NCBI GenBank assembly: GCA_040830765.1
Contig: JBFOMH010000009.1
Coordinates: forward strand, 1-64,000
DNA: 64,000 nt
Reading direction: 5' to 3'
Source of the DNA: Puniceicoccaceae bacterium
GTDB taxonomy: Bacteria > Verrucomicrobiota > Verrucomicrobiia > Opitutales > Oceanipulchritudinaceae
Made by a program: the position numbers and the translations under genes
The notes under the pieces: model-generated
Database searches by the model: none
What the model saw: the letters and a program-made list of their open reading frames with translations, nothing else
Told to the model about the DNA's origin: nothing
Shown: positions 10,501-21,031 of the stretch, in pieces
How positions within the stretch are numbered: the first letter of the stretch is position 1
How the letters are laid out: each line of letters begins with the position of its first letter

Positions 10501-12933
10501 ATGGATGCTTTTGTCTCAGATCTTCTCTATGCATTCCGGGTATTCTTCAAGCGCCCGGGCTTGACCATCCTCGCGATCGTTGCCCTGTCCGTTAGCCTGG
10601 GCATGTCGACGACGGCTTTCAGCACCCTCAACGGGATGTTCTTCAAGCCCCTGCCTTTCAAGGATCCGGGGTCGCTGCATTCCATCTACCTGCTGAACAA
10701 GAATGCGGATAAGAAGGAAATGCCCATCCCGTATGAGCATCTGCAGGACTTGCAGCAGTTGTCTTCCTTCGAAGAGGTTATGGCCTACTTCACGGGTACG
10801 ATCAACATTAGTGGAAAGGGCATCCCGCAGCGCTATGATGGCGGTTATGTGTCCCCCAACTTCCTTGACGTCCTGGGGCATGAGCCGGTTCTCGGGCGCT
10901 CCTTCTCCAAGGACATCAGTCCGGATGGGGAAGTACACGAATTACTCATCAGCCATACGGTTTGGCAGGAGCGTTTCCATGGCGACCCGGATACAATTGG
11001 CACAACCATCCTCGCCAACGGATACGAGAGCACGATTGTCGGCGTTCTCCCGGAAGGCTTTCACTTCCCGACTAATATCCAAATCTGGATGCCCTTGGAG
11101 GGTGCCATGCGGGAGGAGGAGAAGACGGTTATCTCCCATGTCTATGCCCTTGGTCGCATCGCTCCCGGTGTATCCAACCCGGCAGCTCTGAGTGAACTCT
11201 CGGAATCCTACAGTTGCTGGTCCGGGACTTCCCTGGAAACAAAGGAAGACATGGAACTGGTCTGCCAGCCTTTCGGGCGCATTCCCATCAACCGGGCTTC
11301 GCAGTCGTTCCTCCTCGCATCCATGGGAGCGGTTGTCTTTATCCTCCTCGTCTCTTGTGCCAATGTGGCTAATCTTCTCGTCGGCCGGGCACTGACCCGT
11401 GGTCGGGAAATGGCCATCCGTTCAGCCATCGGAGCCAGCCGTGGCCGCATCGTTCGCCAGCTCCTGACCGAGAGCTTGCTGCTTTCCCTTTTCGGGGCCG
11501 TTGGCGGACTCCTCTATGCAGCCTGGGCAGTCGATGCGACGATGGAATCTCCCCTTTACCAGTTGCCTTACTGGATGGACTTTGAGCTCGACTGGCGGGT
11601 CTTTGGATTCGTTCTCCTTGTCATGGTCGCGACAACCCTTGTGTCCGGGCTGATTCCGGCATGGCAAGCATCCAAGGTAGACCTGAACGAGATGCTCAAG
11701 GATACCGCCCACACGTCCACCAGTTTTCGCCTCGGCCGGGCGACCCGCATGCTGGCCGTGGTCCAGATCGCTTTTTCCTGTGCCCTGCTCTTCGGGGCCG
11801 GCCTCATTACGCGCAACGTCTACCAGATGGCCCGGATTGATACCGGTTACCCGACCGAGGAAATCCTCACCATGCGGATGGGCCTTTTCCCGGCCTCCTA
11901 CCCGACAGAAGCAGAGAGGGATGCCTTCTTCACCAAATTGACGAGTAAGGTCGAACAAACTCCGGGTATCGAGGGTTGTGCCGTCACCAGCTGGATTGGC
12001 CAGTTTGGCAACTACCGGCAATCCTTCCTCCTGAGCGACAAACAGGGAGGCAATCCCGGTATTGTCCAGGCCTACTCGGAAGCCGTTTCACCGGGTTACT
12101 TCAAAACTTACGGATTGGACCAGGTTGAAGGAAGGCTCCTGAATTCAAGCGACACGTCCGAGTCCACTCCGGTCGCCGTCGTGAATGAAGCTTTTGTTGA
12201 TGCGTTTATGCGGGATGGGGATGCCATCGGCCGCCAAATCGGGATTTTTGCCGAAAAGGGTGACACCGAAATGGCTGTCGCCATGAAATTGAAGGTGGTG
12301 GGTGTTGTCCCGACGATCAAGGTATCCAATTTCACCAAGGCGCAGGGACCGGAACCTATCATTTACATGCCCTTCACCCAGAAGGAATCCAATTTCATGT
12401 CCCTCATCGTCCGGTCACCGGAGGCCAACTCAGCTGAATTACGGGATAACATCCAGACCCTTATCCTCAGGCTCGATTCGGACCTGCCGGTCTACTTCAC
12501 CAAGACCATGAGCGACTTTATTGATGACCAGATCTATCCCTATCGGATGCTGGCCAACTTCTTCCTCACCATTGGTCTCATGGCCCTCTTTCTGGCCGCC
12601 ATCGGGGTTTACGGAATGCTCGCCTTCAATGTCAGCCGGCGGCGCAGGGAAATCGGCATCCGCATGGCCCTCGGTGCCAACACCCTCAAGATTGTCTCCC
12701 AGATCCTGCGACAGGGCTTTGTCCAGGTTGCCCTCGGTATCCTTGTCGGTTCCGGTCTGGCTTACCTTGTCGGGCAGTTGACCCGTCAATTTCTCTTCGG
12801 AATCGATCCCCGGGATCCATCCGTCTACCTGGGCGTTCTGCTGACACTGGTCGGCGTGGCCCTGCTCTCTTTCTTCCTCCCTGCCCGGCGGGCTGCCCGC
12901 CTATCGCCCATGGAGGCCCTCCGCTACGAGTAA
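10501..12933 (+). CDS. Duplicated MacB/FtsX-type ABC permease (ADOP-like) 1
   Basis: DLLYAFR start, LLVSCANVANLL, REMAIRSAIGA, second half REIGIRMALGA, ends PARRAARLSPMEALRYE. Confidence 0.93.
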   Translation: MDAFVSDLLYAFRVFFKRPGLTILAIVALSVSLGMSTTAFSTLNGMFFKPLPFKDPGSLHSIYLLNKNADKKEMPIPYEHLQDLQQLSSFEEVMAYFTGTINISGKGIPQRYDGGYVSPNFLDVLGHEPVLGRSFSKDISPDGEVHELLISHTVWQERFHGDPDTIGTTILANGYESTIVGVLPEGFHFPTNIQIWMPLEGAMREEEKTVISHVYALGRIAPGVSNPAALSELSESYSCWSGTSLETKEDMELVCQPFGRIPINRASQSFLLASMGAVVFILLVSCANVANLLVGRALTRGREMAIRSAIGASRGRIVRQLLTESLLLSLFGAVGGLLYAAWAVDATMESPLYQLPYWMDFELDWRVFGFVLLVMVATTLVSGLIPAWQASKVDLNEMLKDTAHTSTSFRLGRATRMLAVVQIAFSCALLFGAGLITRNVYQMARIDTGYPTEEILTMRMGLFPASYPTEAERDAFFTKLTSKVEQTPGIEGCAVTSWIGQFGNYRQSFLLSDKQGGNPGIVQAYSEAVSPGYFKTYGLDQVEGRLLNSSDTSESTPVAVVNEAFVDAFMRDGDAIGRQIGIFAEKGDTEMAVAMKLKVVGVVPTIKVSNFTKAQGPEPIIYMPFTQKESNFMSLIVRSPEANSAELRDNIQTLILRLDSDLPVYFTKTMSDFIDDQIYPYRMLANFFLTIGLMALFLAAIGVYGMLAFNVSRRRREIGIRMALGANTLKIVSQILRQGFVQVALGILVGSGLAYLVGQLTRQFLFGIDPRDPSVYLGVLLTLVGVALLSFFLPARRAARLSPMEALRYE

Positions 12934-12960
12934 TCAGAACAACCAACCAAGCACATCACC

Positions 12961-15432
12961 ATGGACTATCTCATCCGCAGTTTTCGTTTCGCCTTCCGAA
13001 TCCTTCTCAAGAGCCCGGCGTTCACATTGATCGCCGTTGTCGCCCTTGCCCTTGGTATTGGCGCTGTCACGACAATGTTCAGCGTCATCAATGGAGCCAT
13101 CATCCGCGGACTTCCCTTTGAGGAACCCCACGAACTCGTCTTCATCAAGCGCTGGGACACGGAACGGCAACCCTGGAACACGACCATTCCGGTACTTGAT
13201 TTCCAGGACCTGCAGCGGGAACAGCAAAGTTTTGAGAGCCTTGCCGGCTGGTTTGGCGGCACTGTCAACGTCAGCATCGACCAGAACCCAATCCGCCTCA
13301 CAGGCGCCCGCATATCCCACACCTGGATGGATCTCCTTGGCATAGAACCCCTGATTGGCCGGGGATTTACAGAGGAGGATGATCAGAACGGAGCCACTCC
13401 TGTCATCCTTCTCAGCTATGCGACATGGCAAACCCACTACAGCGGGGATCCGGATGTCATCGGGCGTACGGCCAGCATTAACGGTACACCCGGCACCGTC
13501 ATCGGCATTATGCCGAAAAACTTCAATTTCCCGGGACAGGAGGAAGTATGGATCCCGCTCATGTCCTCCCTGACCATGCGGGAGATCAACCGCGGTGACT
13601 GGTCCATCAATGTCATGGCCCGTCTCAAGGACAATGTCAGTCTCGAACAGTCCGCCATGGAGATGACGAATTTCATCCAGAAGATGGCCCAGGAATTCCC
13701 GGATACCCACGGCGACTTCAATCTGGCCACGGTGGAACCGATTTCCCGGGGCCTGCTGGGCCCGCAGACCGTCCAGATGATGCTCATCATGATGGCCATG
13801 GGGGCCTTTGTCTTGCTCATCGCCTGTGCCAATGTCGCCAACCTGCTCCTGGCGCGTTCCACCTTGCGCTCCAAGGAACTGGCCATCCGCAGTTCCCTCG
13901 GTGCGACCCGGCTTTCCATTATCGGGCAGTTGCTCGTGGAAAGTACGCTCCTGTCTGTTTTCGGGGCCATCGGCGGCACCTCCATCGCCCTTTGGGCCAC
14001 CCAGGCTTTACAGGAATATGGCCAGATGATGCAACTGCCCTTCTGGCTGACCTTTGACATGGACTGGCGGGTGCTCGGCATCGTCACCCTGGTCACGCTG
14101 GCATCGGGTATCGTTTCCGGTATCGCACCAGCCATCAAGGCCTCCAAGGTCAGTGTCACGGATATCCTCAAGGACGATACCCGGACCGGTTCATCCCTGC
14201 GGATGGGGCTCTTCAGCAAGGGTCTGGTCGTGGTCCAGGTAGCCATTTCCTGTATCCTCCTTATCCTCACCGTCCTGATGGTCCGCAGTGTCCAGAACAT
14301 CAACGACACCGATCTCCATTTCGACACCTCCTCCGTCTTCACCGCCCGGATGGGACTCTTCCAGGGCGCTTACCCGACACCGGAGGAACGGTACCAGTTT
14401 TTCACCACCCTCAAGCGCAATGTCGAGGCGGCTCCGGAAGTGGAATCAGTCGCCCTCTACGGCCGCTACCGCTGGACGACGATCGGGATCAACTGGAACC
14501 GGATCAAGAAGGACGGGGCCGAGTATGAGCAATTCGAGGATATGCCGATCACGTCCTACGAGTACATTAGCCCTGAGTTTTTCGATACACTGGGAGTTGA
14601 GCTGATCGACGGTCGCAATTTCACCGACCTCGACACGCCGGACAACATGCCGGTGGCCATTATCAACCAAGCACTCGCGGAGGCCCTCTTCCCAGGTGAG
14701 AATGCTGTCGGCAAGCGGTTCAAGCGCGAACCGTGGCCGCAGGAACGAGCCACCCGTCCCCCCGAGGAACTGGACTTCCCCTGGCTGACTGTTGTCGGGG
14801 TAGCCCCGAACATGGCCGGACAAGGCATCGGCAATGACACCGGCGCCGAGGGCCGGCACTACTTCATTCCCCTGAATCCCGAGGACACGGCCATGTTCAT
14901 GACGATTGCTGCCCGCGGTCCCAAGGATCCCATGCAGCTGACTGAAGTCATCCGCCGGGAAGTCATCAAGCTGGATCCAAACCTGCCCATCTATGCGGTT
15001 GCTACACCGGAGATGATCATCGCCGAGGACACAGTTGGTAACCAAATCATCTCCAACATCTTCAAGATATTCGGGATTGTCGCCGTCTTCCTCGCCTCTG
15101 TAGGGATCTACGGTATCATGTCCTTCTCCGTTAATCAGCGGACGATGGAGTTTGGCATCCGCTCGGCCCTCGGGGCTACCGGCAAGAACATCCTCGTGCT
15201 GGTCATGCGCTTCGGGCTCCTGCAGTTCCTGGTCGGTCTGGTTATTGGCCTGACCGGGGCCTTCTTCTTCTCCAAGTTGATGCGGAACTTCCTCTTCGGT
15301 GTATCCGTCCAGGATCCCCTCAATTACATTGTTGTCGGGGTTGTCTTCACCCTGGTTGCCGTTTCCGCCTGCTTGATGCCGGCACGTCGGGCATCCCGGG
15401 TCCATCCGGCGCAGGCCCTTCGCTACGAATAA
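12961..15432 (+). CDS. Duplicated MacB/FtsX-type ABC permease (ADOP-like) 2
   Basis: ALGIGA, LLIACANVANLLLAR, KELAIRSSLGA, EFGIRSALGA, ends ALRYE. Confidence 0.93.
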   Translation: MDYLIRSFRFAFRILLKSPAFTLIAVVALALGIGAVTTMFSVINGAIIRGLPFEEPHELVFIKRWDTERQPWNTTIPVLDFQDLQREQQSFESLAGWFGGTVNVSIDQNPIRLTGARISHTWMDLLGIEPLIGRGFTEEDDQNGATPVILLSYATWQTHYSGDPDVIGRTASINGTPGTVIGIMPKNFNFPGQEEVWIPLMSSLTMREINRGDWSINVMARLKDNVSLEQSAMEMTNFIQKMAQEFPDTHGDFNLATVEPISRGLLGPQTVQMMLIMMAMGAFVLLIACANVANLLLARSTLRSKELAIRSSLGATRLSIIGQLLVESTLLSVFGAIGGTSIALWATQALQEYGQMMQLPFWLTFDMDWRVLGIVTLVTLASGIVSGIAPAIKASKVSVTDILKDDTRTGSSLRMGLFSKGLVVVQVAISCILLILTVLMVRSVQNINDTDLHFDTSSVFTARMGLFQGAYPTPEERYQFFTTLKRNVEAAPEVESVALYGRYRWTTIGINWNRIKKDGAEYEQFEDMPITSYEYISPEFFDTLGVELIDGRNFTDLDTPDNMPVAIINQALAEALFPGENAVGKRFKREPWPQERATRPPEELDFPWLTVVGVAPNMAGQGIGNDTGAEGRHYFIPLNPEDTAMFMTIAARGPKDPMQLTEVIRREVIKLDPNLPIYAVATPEMIIAEDTVGNQIISNIFKIFGIVAVFLASVGIYGIMSFSVNQRTMEFGIRSALGATGKNILVLVMRFGLLQFLVGLVIGLTGAFFFSKLMRNFLFGVSVQDPLNYIVVGVVFTLVAVSACLMPARRASRVHPAQALRYE

Positions 15433-15459
15433 GCAACCATCCAAGGAGGGAAGCAGGCC

Positions 15460-17937
15460 ATGGAACATATCATCAGTGATATCCGGTTCGGCATCCGCCA
15501 GTTGATCAAGCATCCATTTTTTACGCTGATTGCGGTGGTCGCTCTCGGGCTCGGAATCGGATCCGTCTCAACCCAGCTCTCCGTGGTCAATGGGCTCTTT
15601 TTCAAAGGCCTCCCCTTCGAGGAACCCAGGAATATTGTTCACCTCGAGCGAATAAACGTCGAACGAGAGAACTATGGAGCAGAAGTACCCATTCTTGAGT
15701 TCCTGGAATGGACCAAGCAGCAGGAGGCGTTTGAGGGATTGGCGGGCTACTACATCGGAACGGCCAACTTCACCCTCGGCAACACGGTCGAGCGTTACAA
15801 CGGGGCCTTTCTCTCGGCCAACAGCTTTGACCTCCTCCGGGTAAAGGCTGCCATGGGACGGGGCCTGCAACCGGCTGACGATTTGCCGGACGCTCCCGAT
15901 ATTGTCGTGCTCTCCCATAAAATCTGGAGCCGGGACTTTGGATCCGATCCGGAGATCATCGGCAAGACCGCCGTGCTCAACGGTCGCAGCGTACAAATCG
16001 TTGGTGTCATGCCGGAAGACTTTGCTTTTCCCGTATCAGAGGACCTCTGGGTACCATTGATGCAACAGCAGGACATCACTACCCTCTCATGGGGTGAGCC
16101 GGCAATGAGCCTCGAGGTTTTTGGCAGGCTGAAGGACGGAATTAACATGGACCAGGCGCGCTCCTCAATGGCGGTCATGGCGACCAACATCGAGGCAGCC
16201 TACCCGGAAACCCAGCAGGGATACCGGGATGTGGACGTAAAGCCGTTCCTTGATGAATTCTTCGACCAGCAGGCCAAGACCATGACCTCCATCATGCTCT
16301 TGATTACCGGCCTCATTCTCGTCATTGCATGTGCCAACGTGGCCAATCTGCTTCTGGCCCGTTCGATGCGGCGCCGCAAGGAAGTTGCCATCCGCTCTGC
16401 CCTCGGAGCCAGTCGGCAGCGAATCATCTCCCAGTTCCTGACCGAAAGTATTCTCATTGCCGTCCTGGGGGCTATCCTGGCCCTCATCCTGACCCAGTTG
16501 GATATCAAGCGCATCAAGGGCATGATGGTGGAAATGAACTCGCCCTTCTGGATGGACTTTTCCCTTGATTGGCGGGTTCTTGTCATCGTTTCCGTGGTCA
16601 CTATCCTGACGGGCATATTCTCCGGTATCGTTCCCGCCTACCGGGCCTCGCGTCTCAAGGAAAGTGAAATCCTGAAGGATGACACGCGCACCAGCTCCTC
16701 CCTGCACATGGGCATCTTCAGCAAAATACTCGTGGTGGTGCAAATCAGCGTGGCAGCCATCATCCTGACCCTGGTGGTTCTTTTCGTGAAGAGTGTCAAC
16801 AATGCCATCGCAGTGGATTATGCTTACGATGCTGATGGCATCCTGACAACCCGTCTCGGTTTGTTTGAAGAGGCCTATCCCGACGAGGAGTCACGGGCCA
16901 ATTTCGTCAATCCACTGCTTCAGCGCCTGCGGGCTCGCCCGGAAATCGCCATGGCGACAACATCCCATCGCTACCAGTTTCTCAATGCGCCAGGGACCCG
17001 CTACGCCATGCCCGGGGAAACCTACGACATCCCCAGCGATCGGGAATTCGCCCGCTTCCAGTATGTATCGGAAACCTTCTTCCAAGCGGTTGGATTACCC
17101 ATCCTCCAGGGCCGGGACTTCAATCCTGAGGACTACAGCGTGGATTATCCCCGTTTTGCCCTTGTCAATGAGGCCTTTGCCGAGCGCGAATGGCCCGGCG
17201 AATCGCCAATTGGCAAACGGTTCGCTCCCGACCTGATGGTCGAGGAATATGAAGAGGGGGAAAAGCCCCTGATAGAGGTTGTCGGTGTTGTTCCCTCCAT
17301 GCAGGAATCCGGCGTATTCCAGGATTCGAACGATGATGGAGCGGCCTTCTTCCTGCCTCAGACAGCTTCAACCATGCCCCGGTTTATCACGATAATTGTT
17401 CGCGGACGTGAAGACATCAGCGAGTTGGCTCCTGTCCTGCGCGAGGAAGTCGGTGCACTGGATAAGAATCTACCCCTTTACGCCATTGGAACCCCACGGG
17501 AACTAAATGAACAGGCGACGATCCAGTTTCGCTTCTTTGCCTCGATCTTCCGCTCCTTTGGAATCCTTGCCGCCTTCCTTTGTGCGGTCGGCATTTACGG
17601 CGTGATTTCCTTTTCGGTCAATCAGCGGATCATGGAGTTTGGCATCCGCCAGGCCCTTGGAGCGACACGCTCGGCCATCTTCAAGTTGGTTTTCGGCCAC
17701 GCCTTCAAGCAGCTAGGGTTTGGATTCCTCATTGCCTTGCTTTGCCTCTCCCCGATTATTCTCTCCCCGGGAGTGAAGGACTCAATGGCCTTGTTCTTCT
17801 ACGAGATCGACCACGATTCGCTGTTCCCCTACCTTATTTCTTTCGGATTCGTCACCTTCATTTCACTGCTTGCGGCCGCGCCGCCAGCATCGAGGGCTGC
17901 CCGGATCCATCCAGCCCAGGCATTACGATATGAATAA
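15460..17937 (+). CDS. Duplicated MacB/FtsX-type ABC permease (ADOP-like) 3
   Basis: DIRFGIRQL, IACANVANLLLAR, KEVAIRSALGA, EFGIRQALGA, ends ALRYE. Confidence 0.93.
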   Translation: MEHIISDIRFGIRQLIKHPFFTLIAVVALGLGIGSVSTQLSVVNGLFFKGLPFEEPRNIVHLERINVERENYGAEVPILEFLEWTKQQEAFEGLAGYYIGTANFTLGNTVERYNGAFLSANSFDLLRVKAAMGRGLQPADDLPDAPDIVVLSHKIWSRDFGSDPEIIGKTAVLNGRSVQIVGVMPEDFAFPVSEDLWVPLMQQQDITTLSWGEPAMSLEVFGRLKDGINMDQARSSMAVMATNIEAAYPETQQGYRDVDVKPFLDEFFDQQAKTMTSIMLLITGLILVIACANVANLLLARSMRRRKEVAIRSALGASRQRIISQFLTESILIAVLGAILALILTQLDIKRIKGMMVEMNSPFWMDFSLDWRVLVIVSVVTILTGIFSGIVPAYRASRLKESEILKDDTRTSSSLHMGIFSKILVVVQISVAAIILTLVVLFVKSVNNAIAVDYAYDADGILTTRLGLFEEAYPDEESRANFVNPLLQRLRARPEIAMATTSHRYQFLNAPGTRYAMPGETYDIPSDREFARFQYVSETFFQAVGLPILQGRDFNPEDYSVDYPRFALVNEAFAEREWPGESPIGKRFAPDLMVEEYEEGEKPLIEVVGVVPSMQESGVFQDSNDDGAAFFLPQTASTMPRFITIIVRGREDISELAPVLREEVGALDKNLPLYAIGTPRELNEQATIQFRFFASIFRSFGILAAFLCAVGIYGVISFSVNQRIMEFGIRQALGATRSAIFKLVFGHAFKQLGFGFLIALLCLSPIILSPGVKDSMALFFYEIDHDSLFPYLISFGFVTFISLLAAAPPASRAARIHPAQALRYE

Positions 17938-19408
17938 CAGAACACGTTTTGTGCTGGCTATGCTTGCGCTTCCCTGCGCGGCATTGCCGGGACAGTCCAT
18001 GCAGCTCTCCATGGAGGAGGCCATTGCAGCGGCCCTTGATCGCAACTTCTCCATTCAAATTGAGCGGATTGAACCAAAAGTTGCCGACCAGCAGGTCCGT
18101 GCCGCTTCCGGGATTTTTGATCCCTTCCTGCAATCGGAGTATGAGTACCGCAACAATGAGTTGCGCGGCTTCGGCCGGGAACAGGAGACCGCCTCCTTTA
18201 GTGTCGGGGTCGGATCCGTCCTTCCCTGGGGCACCCAGTGGACGGCCAGTCTCGAATCCAGCGACAACACCATTCCTTTCACAAACGATCCCGTCACCGG
18301 TGACCTGCTCAGCGAGGAAATTTCCAGCTACGTCAATTCGTTCGCTGGAATCACCGTTACGCAGCCGGTCCTGAGGGGATTCGGCCTGGATGGAAGCTAT
18401 TCGGAAGTCCGGATAGCCCGGGAATCCGCCACTGCCTCATGGGAAGGATTCCGGGCCCAGGTCATGGACATTGTTGAAGCCACCATCACCGCCTACCAGA
18501 ACCTCTACTTTGCCCAGGAAAGCTTGCGCATCGCGGAACGCAACCGCGACCTTGCCCTGCAATTGTTGAAGGATAACGAAAAGCGGGTCGAGACGGGTGC
18601 CATGGCGCCATTGGATATCGTCCAGGCGGAATCCGAAGCCGCCCTGCGGGAAGTATCCGTCATCAGTGCCGGTGCCCTGCTGCGCCAGACCCAGAATGCG
18701 CTCAAGTCGCTTATCTGGAATGATCCCGAATCGGTCCTTGCCCTTGAGTTGAGTATCCAACCGCCTGGGGAACCCGTTTACTTCGAGCCCAACCTGGTCC
18801 GTGATTACGCCCTCGCCCTGGATAATCGTCCGGAATACCTAGCCTCCCTGTCCGGATTGAACATCCGGGAATTCCAGGTTCGCCAACTCAAGCGCAATGC
18901 ACTGCCACAACTGGACATCGTTGGTTCCGTGGGCCGCCGCGGGCTCGACCTGACCCTGAACGACAGTATCGACCAGAGCTTCGGGGATGGCGAAAGCAGC
19001 TACTCCATCGGGGCTGTGTTCAGCGTCCCGTTCCCCAACCGGACCCGCTCTGCGGAAAAGACCCAGGCCTACCTCCGTCGCAACCAGGCCGAGCTGGGCA
19101 TCCAGCAACTGGAGCAGGATATCCGCCTCGAACTGGACAATGCCGCCACCCGGCTTACGGCCGACTGGGAACGCATCAGGGCCGCCCGCACCGCACGCGA
19201 ACTGGCTGAGAAGTCTCTCGCCGCCGAGGAGAAGAAACTCCAGGTGGGAACCTCAACGACTTTCGTTGTCCTCCGGCTTCAGGGCGACCTTGCGAACGCC
19301 GAGATACGGGAGATCAATGCCCTGGCCGACTACCGGGTCTCCCTGGCCCGCTATAACCGCGCCCGGGGCAGAATCCTGGATACCTACAACATCATTCTCG
19401 AAAACTGA
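17930..19408 (+). CDS. TolC family outer membrane efflux protein 1
   Basis: ATG 17930 overlaps the permease stop; signal peptide, LSMEEAIAAALDRN, TQPVLRG, AYQNL, ALDNRPE, LPQLD, EEKKLQVG. Confidence 0.9.
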   Translation: MNNRTRFVLAMLALPCAALPGQSMQLSMEEAIAAALDRNFSIQIERIEPKVADQQVRAASGIFDPFLQSEYEYRNNELRGFGREQETASFSVGVGSVLPWGTQWTASLESSDNTIPFTNDPVTGDLLSEEISSYVNSFAGITVTQPVLRGFGLDGSYSEVRIARESATASWEGFRAQVMDIVEATITAYQNLYFAQESLRIAERNRDLALQLLKDNEKRVETGAMAPLDIVQAESEAALREVSVISAGALLRQTQNALKSLIWNDPESVLALELSIQPPGEPVYFEPNLVRDYALALDNRPEYLASLSGLNIREFQVRQLKRNALPQLDIVGSVGRRGLDLTLNDSIDQSFGDGESSYSIGAVFSVPFPNRTRSAEKTQAYLRRNQAELGIQQLEQDIRLELDNAATRLTADWERIRAARTARELAEKSLAAEEKKLQVGTSTTFVVLRLQGDLANAEIREINALADYRVSLARYNRARGRILDTYNIILEN

Positions 19409-19517
19409 CCAACTCTCCTGCTTTACGGGGAAATCACTAAAGCAGTGCCTTGAGTTTAGTTTTTAGAAACACTAGAAGTCTTTCGGAACCGCTTAATACA
19501 AAGCTCCAAAACCAACA

Positions 19518-21011
19518 ATGAGCCTCTTGCGAAAAACCTTAATCCTGTCCGGAATTTGCCTGTCCGTCACCACCGGTGCCGGAGGAGCCGAACAACTGTC
19601 CCTCGAGCAGGCCATCCAGGTCACCCTTGAGAACAACTTTGCCTACCGTATCGCCAGCATTGACCCTGAAATTGCCCGCGACCAGTTCACCGGCCAAGAG
19701 GCTGCCTTTGATCCGGAGATTTTTGCCTCAGGCCAAGTCTCCCAGTCGGAACGCACCTTGACGTTCGATAATAATGTCGGGACTTCATCCGACAACCGGA
19801 ACTGGCAGGCTGGTGTCCGTAAACGCCTCGTTTACGGAACCACTGTGACCGCCCGCACCAACCTCGATCGCAATGCCGGCAATGCCGCTGACCTCACCAG
19901 CAGCCTGAGCCAGGAGGCAGACCTTGCCATCTCCCTGAGACAGCCGCTGATGCGCGGGTTTGGCAGGGAGGTCAACACCGCCGGAATCGAACGGGCCCGG
20001 GCGGGTTTTGAAGCCTCCATTGAATCCTACCGCGATACCGTGCAGGCCATCATCGCCCAAACCGAGGCCGCCTACTGGTCAGTCGCCCGCTGGCAGGAAC
20101 AGCTGGAACTGAACAAGTCGAACCTGGAAGTGGCGGAAGCATTGCTCGAGGAGGCCCGGGAACGGGAACGCGTCGGTATGGTGACGCACATCGAGGTGCT
20201 GCAAGCAGAAGCATCCCGCGCCGAACGCCTTGAGGAAATCATCGCCACCCGGCGCTCCCTTGGCGATGCCTACGACAGTCTACTCACGGCCATGGGCGTC
20301 CTCCCGGATGTCTCCACCAGCGGAACCGATCCGGAACACACCGTGGACAGTCTTCCGGAATCCGGTCGCGATATCCCAGAGTTTGAAAATTTGTGGAATT
20401 TGGCTCTTAACCGGGATCCTATCCTGGCAGCCCAGGAAGCGGTCATGGAGCAACGCCGATGGGATGAAGTGGCTGCTCGCAGCGCGACCCGACCCAACCT
20501 CGACCTTGTCCTTTCCGGTGCCTACAGCGGCGTCGACAAGGAGCTGGCCCGGGATGCCTACGAAAATGCCTTTAACCGGGATGGCCACTTCTGGTCCGTC
20601 GGATTGGAATTCTCCATGCCATGGGGCATGCGTCAGGAAAAGGCGGACTTGCGGACTGCCAGCAAGCGCCTCGAGCAGGAGGACATTCGCTACGCCGAGT
20701 TACGTCAGTCGCTCTTTCGCGAAGTCCGTGCAGCGTATCGAAATCTCAATGCGGTTCGGCAAAGCCTTGAGGCGGCGCAACTGACGGTTCAGCTGCAGGA
20801 GGCGACCTTTGACCGGGAAAAGAGCAAGTACGAACAAGGCCTCTCGGCCATCCGGGATGTCCTTGAGGAACAGAGCGCCCTTGACCAGGCCCGGATTCGC
20901 CTGCTGCGTTCCAAATTCAATCAGCTTTCAACGGAAATCGAAATGGCCCGCTTGTCCGGGACGATCTTCCAACGGCATGGCATTTCCCCGGAGCTGCCGC
21001 ACCTCGACTAA
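19518..21011 (+). CDS. TolC family outer membrane efflux protein 2
   Basis: Signal peptide, LSLEQAIQVTLENN, RQPLMRG, AYWSV, RPNLDL, EKSKYEQG. Confidence 0.9.
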   Translation: MSLLRKTLILSGICLSVTTGAGGAEQLSLEQAIQVTLENNFAYRIASIDPEIARDQFTGQEAAFDPEIFASGQVSQSERTLTFDNNVGTSSDNRNWQAGVRKRLVYGTTVTARTNLDRNAGNAADLTSSLSQEADLAISLRQPLMRGFGREVNTAGIERARAGFEASIESYRDTVQAIIAQTEAAYWSVARWQEQLELNKSNLEVAEALLEEARERERVGMVTHIEVLQAEASRAERLEEIIATRRSLGDAYDSLLTAMGVLPDVSTSGTDPEHTVDSLPESGRDIPEFENLWNLALNRDPILAAQEAVMEQRRWDEVAARSATRPNLDLVLSGAYSGVDKELARDAYENAFNRDGHFWSVGLEFSMPWGMRQEKADLRTASKRLEQEDIRYAELRQSLFREVRAAYRNLNAVRQSLEAAQLTVQLQEATFDREKSKYEQGLSAIRDVLEEQSALDQARIRLLRSKFNQLSTEIEMARLSGTIFQRHGISPELPHLD

Positions 21012-21031
21012 TCCTTTACTGAAGAAGCATC

